From assembly GCA_047947115.1 (NCBI GenBank), contig CP170459.1:4992001-5056000 (forward strand): DNA of 64,000 nucleotides. Reading direction: 5' to 3'. Numbering within the stretch: the stretch's first letter is position 1; every line of letters starts with the position of its first letter. The notes beneath the pieces were generated by a model that saw nothing but the letters and a program-made list of their open reading frames with translations, made no database searches and was not told the DNA's origin. The translations under genes were made by a program, and so were the position numbers. This DNA is from Verrucomicrobiota bacterium (lineage in GTDB: Bacteria > Verrucomicrobiota > Verrucomicrobiia > Limisphaerales > AAA164-E04). Positions 59,723-64,000 of the stretch are shown here, one piece after another.

Positions 59723-61318
59723 TTGATGGAAGAGATAAATCAACAATCATTGGGAGATGCTCCCATTGCGAAGGAGGAGGCCTTCCACGCTAACCAAGTC
59801 ATGGAAAATCACAATGGCATCTCCTTGAAACAATTGGATATACCTCAAGGGCTTATCGATCTTGTCCCGTCTGATTTTGTCCAGAAACACCGGGTGCTGC
59901 CTTTTCAATACCAGGATGGATTGCTTTGGATTGCTTCTGCTCAGGATTTGGAGCCAGCCGTCAAAGAGGATCTCATACTCATCACCGGTAGCGAGATCAA
60001 AGTCTCTCAGGCATCAGAAGCTGAACTCAATGAGCGGATTGCCGAGATATATCAGATCACGGTGGAGCAGTTGATCCAAAATCTGGATCCCAACGAGGAT
60101 GCCGCCCAGGCAACGGGTAATTTGCATGACATTGAGGTCATGGCCAATGAACCGACGGTGGTCAATCTCGTCAATGTCATCATTTCCACCGCGATTCGCG
60201 AGCGGGCCAGTGACATTCATTTTGTGCCGTTTGAAAACAAACTGGAATTGCGCTACCGCATTGATGGTTTACTTCAGGAAAAACAACCCCCTCCCCGCAA
60301 CCTGCAGGCAGCCATTATCTCCCGTATCAAGATCATGGCGGACATGAACATCGCTGAACGCTATCTTCCCCAGGACGGTCATTTCCAAATCCAACACCGT
60401 GGAACCCGGGTGGATGTGCGTGTCGGAACCATGCCGACAGTCCATGGCGAAAGCGTGGTCATGCGCCTTCTCGAGAAAAACCAGAAAGTCCCCACCCCCT
60501 CCGAACTGGGGCTTGATGATGAACGTGTTCATCTTCTCAATCGTCTCGTCAACAAACCACACGGCCTTTTCCTGACCACCGGCCCCACCGGAAGCGGCAA
60601 AACCACCACTCTTTATTCGGTGCTCAGCGGGGTGTACACACCTGAAAAGAAGATTCTCACCATCGAAGATCCGGTGGAATACGAGCTTCCCGGTGTAGCC
60701 CAAATCCCGGTCCGCCCATCACGGGGTTTTACGTTTGCCACCGGTCTGCGGGCGATCCTGCGCCAGGATCCGGATACGGTCATGGTCGGGGAAATCCGGG
60801 ATTCCGAAACCGCCGAGATCGCGATCCGTGCAGCCCTCACCGGGCATCAGGTCTTCAGCACCCTTCACACGAATGATTCAGCGGGCGCTGTCACGCGTTT
60901 GGTGGATATGGGGGTGGAACCTTTTCTGATTTCATCCTCTCTGGAAGGCGTGCTGGCCCAACGTCTGGTACGTCGTCTTTGTCCTGATTGCATAGAAGAG
61001 GACCCCGAGGCCAACGAACACCTCATGAATCTTGGACTGGAAAACAGGCCGGAAGCCAAAAAGACTTTCTACAGAGGTGCTGGCTGTGACACGTGCCGCG
61101 GGATGGGGTATCGGGGACGCGTTGGTATTTTTGAACTGTTGGCCATCGATGCCACTTTGCGGGATTTGATCGTGCATCGCGGCACCAGCAGCGAAATCAA
61201 GGCACATGCAGACAAACACATGTTGTCCATGCGCGAAGACGCCATCATCAAGGCACACACAGGAATGACCTCCCTTCGCGAAGTTATTCGTGTGGCATCC
61301 ACCGTTGAAGTTTCATGA
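59723..61318 (+). CDS. gspE: type II secretion ATPase GspE/PulE
   Basis: ASDIH, GPTGSGKT, TIEDPVEY, LRQDPD, TGHQVFSTLH and two CxxC motifs. Confidence 0.95.
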   Translation: MMEEINQQSLGDAPIAKEEAFHANQVMENHNGISLKQLDIPQGLIDLVPSDFVQKHRVLPFQYQDGLLWIASAQDLEPAVKEDLILITGSEIKVSQASEAELNERIAEIYQITVEQLIQNLDPNEDAAQATGNLHDIEVMANEPTVVNLVNVIISTAIRERASDIHFVPFENKLELRYRIDGLLQEKQPPPRNLQAAIISRIKIMADMNIAERYLPQDGHFQIQHRGTRVDVRVGTMPTVHGESVVMRLLEKNQKVPTPSELGLDDERVHLLNRLVNKPHGLFLTTGPTGSGKTTTLYSVLSGVYTPEKKILTIEDPVEYELPGVAQIPVRPSRGFTFATGLRAILRQDPDTVMVGEIRDSETAEIAIRAALTGHQVFSTLHTNDSAGAVTRLVDMGVEPFLISSSLEGVLAQRLVRRLCPDCIEEDPEANEHLMNLGLENRPEAKKTFYRGAGCDTCRGMGYRGRVGIFELLAIDATLRDLIVHRGTSSEIKAHADKHMLSMREDAIIKAHTGMTSLREVIRVASTVEVS

Positions 61319-62571
61319 CACGGTTCCGATACAAAGCCATTCAGGCAAATGGAACCGCATCAGACGGAACCATCGAGGCTGAAGACCGCCGAGAAGCCCT
61401 CCGTTTACTGGACACCCAGGGCCTTTTTCCGTCCCTACTTGAAGCCGACCGAAGCGATTCTTCCAAAGCCTCCACCACTGCCGCCAAGACCAAACCTGAC
61501 AGCAAAGAAAAACCCCAGAGCTTTCGATTCGGTTCCGGAATCAAACGGAAAGAGATCACCGCATTCACACAGGAAATGGCGGCTCTCCTCGAAGCAGGTA
61601 TCACCATTCCGCAGGCCCTGATGGCCATGAAAGAGGAAATCGACAATCCCGCGCTCAGGGAAATTGTCCAATCTCTCTGGGAATCGGTTCACAAAGGCAT
61701 CGCTCTTTCCGCCGCCATGGAATCGCATCCCAAACATTTCTCCTCGCTCTACGTCAACATGATCCGTGTGGGCGAAGAAGCCGGCGCCTTGCATCAGGTC
61801 ATGCAGGATGTCGCCGATCTCTTGGAACACGAGGACGATGTCCGAAGCGAAGTCACCGGTGCCGTGGCGTATCCAATGTTTGTATTGGGGTTCGGGGTTT
61901 TTACCGTTGCTCTTCTGCTCACCGTTGTTTTACCGCGCTTGTTCGGGATGTTGACGGACATGATGGATGTACTCCCCCTGCCCACCTTGATTTTGTTATC
62001 GGTCAGCACCTTCATCCAAAACTACTGGTGGTTGATCCTGATCGTCCTGGGGGGAGCCACTTACGGTCTCGTCACCTACATCAAAACCCCTCAGGGCCGC
62101 CTGACGGTTGATAAATGGAAATTAAAGCTCCCACTCCTCGGCCCTGTGTTCAGTTCCTCGGCCACCAGTCGATTTGCGCGCACGCTCGGCACTTTGGCCA
62201 AGGCGGGCGTCTCGTTACTGCCATCCCTGAAGATCGTTGAATTCACCATCGGCAATCAGGTGCTTGCCAATTCCATTGCAGCTGTGACCGAGGAAACACG
62301 CAGAGGCGATTCGCTCGCGGGCCCATTGGGCAAAGCTGGGTTGTTCCCAAGGACGGCGATTCAAATGATCCATGTCGGCGAAGAAACCGGCAAACTCGAC
62401 GTCATGCTCCTGAAGGTCGCGGACATGGAAGAAAAACAAATGCGGGCCCGCACCAAGACGCTGGTTTCCTTGTTGGCTCCGCTGTTGATTTTGATTGTAG
62501 GCGCGCTGGTCGGATTCATCGTCATCGCCCTGCTGCTCCCGATTTTCAAGATGAGCCAAACCATTCACTAA
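61315..62571 (+). CDS. gspF: type II secretion inner-membrane platform protein GspF
   Basis: YVNMIRVGEEAG, LPLPTLIL, GEETGKLD and ALLLPIF. Confidence 0.93.
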   Translation: MTRFRYKAIQANGTASDGTIEAEDRREALRLLDTQGLFPSLLEADRSDSSKASTTAAKTKPDSKEKPQSFRFGSGIKRKEITAFTQEMAALLEAGITIPQALMAMKEEIDNPALREIVQSLWESVHKGIALSAAMESHPKHFSSLYVNMIRVGEEAGALHQVMQDVADLLEHEDDVRSEVTGAVAYPMFVLGFGVFTVALLLTVVLPRLFGMLTDMMDVLPLPTLILLSVSTFIQNYWWLILIVLGGATYGLVTYIKTPQGRLTVDKWKLKLPLLGPVFSSSATSRFARTLGTLAKAGVSLLPSLKIVEFTIGNQVLANSIAAVTEETRRGDSLAGPLGKAGLFPRTAIQMIHVGEETGKLDVMLLKVADMEEKQMRARTKTLVSLLAPLLILIVGALVGFIVIALLLPIFKMSQTIH

Positions 62572-62582
62572 AACACCCACTT

Positions 62583-63041
62583 ATGAAAATGCATACGAAC
62601 AACAAACATCGAACCATCCGAACGACAATCCATCGCTCGGGATTCACCCTGGTGGAAATCATGGTCGTCGTGGTCATCCTCGGCATCCTGGCCGCCACCA
62701 TCATCCCGCAGTTCATCGGCACCGCACATGATGCCAAGGTGAGCATGGCAAGGGCAAACATCACGGAACTGGAATCCGCCGTCGAAAAGTTCTACATCCA
62801 CATGGACCGCTACCCGAGTTCGGAAGAAGGCCTCGAAGCCCTCGTCACCGAACCGGCGGATGGCGCGGGCAAATGGCGCGGCCCCTATGTCAAAATGGTC
62901 CGCCTCGATCCCTGGAGCAACCCCTACCAATACCGCAGCCCAGGTCAGAATGGATCCCAGACCTTCGACCTCTGGTCACGCGGAGCCGACGGCGCTGATG
63001 GTGGGGAAGCGGAAGGAGCAGACATCACAAACTGGCAATGA
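62583..63041 (+). CDS. gspG: type II secretion major pseudopilin GspG
   Basis: GFTLVEIMVVVVILGILA, WRGPY..DPWSNPYQY and GADGADGGEAEGADITNW. Confidence 0.95.
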   Translation: MKMHTNNKHRTIRTTIHRSGFTLVEIMVVVVILGILAATIIPQFIGTAHDAKVSMARANITELESAVEKFYIHMDRYPSSEEGLEALVTEPADGAGKWRGPYVKMVRLDPWSNPYQYRSPGQNGSQTFDLWSRGADGADGGEAEGADITNWQ

Positions 63042-63616
63042 TTCGGCCTCGCGCCATAGGCCGTTTGCGGCATGCGGGTTTCACATTGGTGGAACTCATG
63101 ATTGTCATGGTCATCATCGCGGTCATGACCGCGTTGATGATTCCTGACATGAAGGGCAGTTACGAAGAGGCATTGCTCAAATCCAACGCAAGGAAACTGA
63201 GCGCAGCGTTCAACACCGCCTACAGCAAGGCCATCACCACCCATCAGATGCATCGCGTGCGCATCGATCCCGAGCAATCCAATTTGATCGTGGAGGCACG
63301 CACCACCGAAATCGATACGCCTTACCTTCCCCTGAAGGAATTCGAGCGAACGGACAGCCAACTGCACCCCAACATCCGCATACGATTCCATGAACCCAGG
63401 CAGGGATTCACCGGCGATCCTTCCCAGGAAACCAGCGATCGCCCTGATCAAGCTTCCAGTCAACAACCCGAAAATGTCTTCGTGTTTGAACCCGATGGCA
63501 CCTGCAAAGGCAAGGATGTTGAAATGCGTGATCGTATGGGATTTGGTCTCATGATTCATCTCAATCAAATCACCTCACGTGTGACATTCGAAAACATGGA
63601 AAGGATCCAACCATGA
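63038..63616 (+). CDS. gspH: minor pseudopilin (GspH/FimT-like)
   Basis: AGFTLVELMIV and FEPDG motifs. Follows gspG with ATGA overlap. Confidence 0.8.
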   Translation: MIRPRAIGRLRHAGFTLVELMIVMVIIAVMTALMIPDMKGSYEEALLKSNARKLSAAFNTAYSKAITTHQMHRVRIDPEQSNLIVEARTTEIDTPYLPLKEFERTDSQLHPNIRIRFHEPRQGFTGDPSQETSDRPDQASSQQPENVFVFEPDGTCKGKDVEMRDRMGFGLMIHLNQITSRVTFENMERIQP

Positions 63617-64000
63617 AGCGATCTCAGTCAGGTTTCTCTTTGATCGAACTCCTGTTTGCCGTGCTCATTCTGGGAGTAGGGATCGCCGGTATGGCCCGAG
63701 GCATCACGGCATCCCTGTCCGCCAGCAAGGAATCGGAAATTCAAACAAAGGCGGCATTGTTTGCGGCAGGACGCATGGAATTTCTTCGAGCGGATGGTTA
63801 CTACATCGCGGGTTCGGATGAAGGGGAATGTGGCGTCACTCTGCCCGGTTACGTCTGGCAGCAAACCCTGACCGAATCCACCCAACACGAAGGACTCTTT
63901 GATGTCGTCATCAAGATTCTTCCCGACAGCGAATCCGACGTTTCAGTGTTCACACTGGAAACTCGGTTATACGAACCCCCGATCGGCATCAACTCCACCG
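63613..64000 (+). CDS. minor pseudopilin (GspI-like), runs off window
   Basis: Manual translation MKRSQSGFSLIELLFAVLILGVGIAG..., with ATGA overlap. Confidence 0.8.
   Translation, partial: MKRSQSGFSLIELLFAVLILGVGIAGMARGITASLSASKESEIQTKAALFAAGRMEFLRADGYYIAGSDEGECGVTLPGYVWQQTLTESTQHEGLFDVVIKILPDSESDVSVFTLETRLYEPPIGINST

Noticed and set aside
1..64000. tRNA or rRNA genes
   Set aside because: No cloverleaf/T-arm pattern or rRNA signature noticed in intergenic regions by eye. A tRNAscan-SE/barrnap run would confirm.

Overview
Bacterial window, most likely PVC superphylum and probably Verrucomicrobiota. This is inferred from DUF1501/1549/1552/1553/1592 genes, sulfatases, a prepilin-type DUF1559-like protein and YdjY. 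Left to right: dapA (partial) and dapF; a DUF2934/histone-H1-like gene flanked by structured RNA candidates; a 7-gene MoxR-DUF58-vWA operon; an M24 peptidase; a prepilin-type protein; a VapBC toxin-antitoxin pair; an oxidoreductase; a BNR sialidase-like protein; a RidA plus PLP-aldolase pair; two PVC cytochrome/DUF modules with sulfatases; lnt; a GNAT gene split by a complete 1471-bp IS4-family element; a DUF4159 gene with a terminal frameshift; an MFS transporter behind a leader-peptide attenuator; a hydroxyproline catabolic cluster; and a ~17-kb envelope module. That module holds a giant secreted alpha/alpha-barrel/PKD protein, an ASPIC-UnbV lipoprotein, a TPR protein, YdjY, a stand-alone barrel protein and two 358-aa paralogous helical-repeat proteins, and it abuts a type II secretion operon (gspE-F-G-H-I...). 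It is the best candidate for an undescribed system. Several families of GTAG-type REP palindromes occur, including a 4x123-bp REPIN array forming an ORF coupled to both neighbours and a copy inserted in-frame in a protein. No rRNA, tRNA or CRISPR array was seen. All family calls are from recalled motifs, not database searches.
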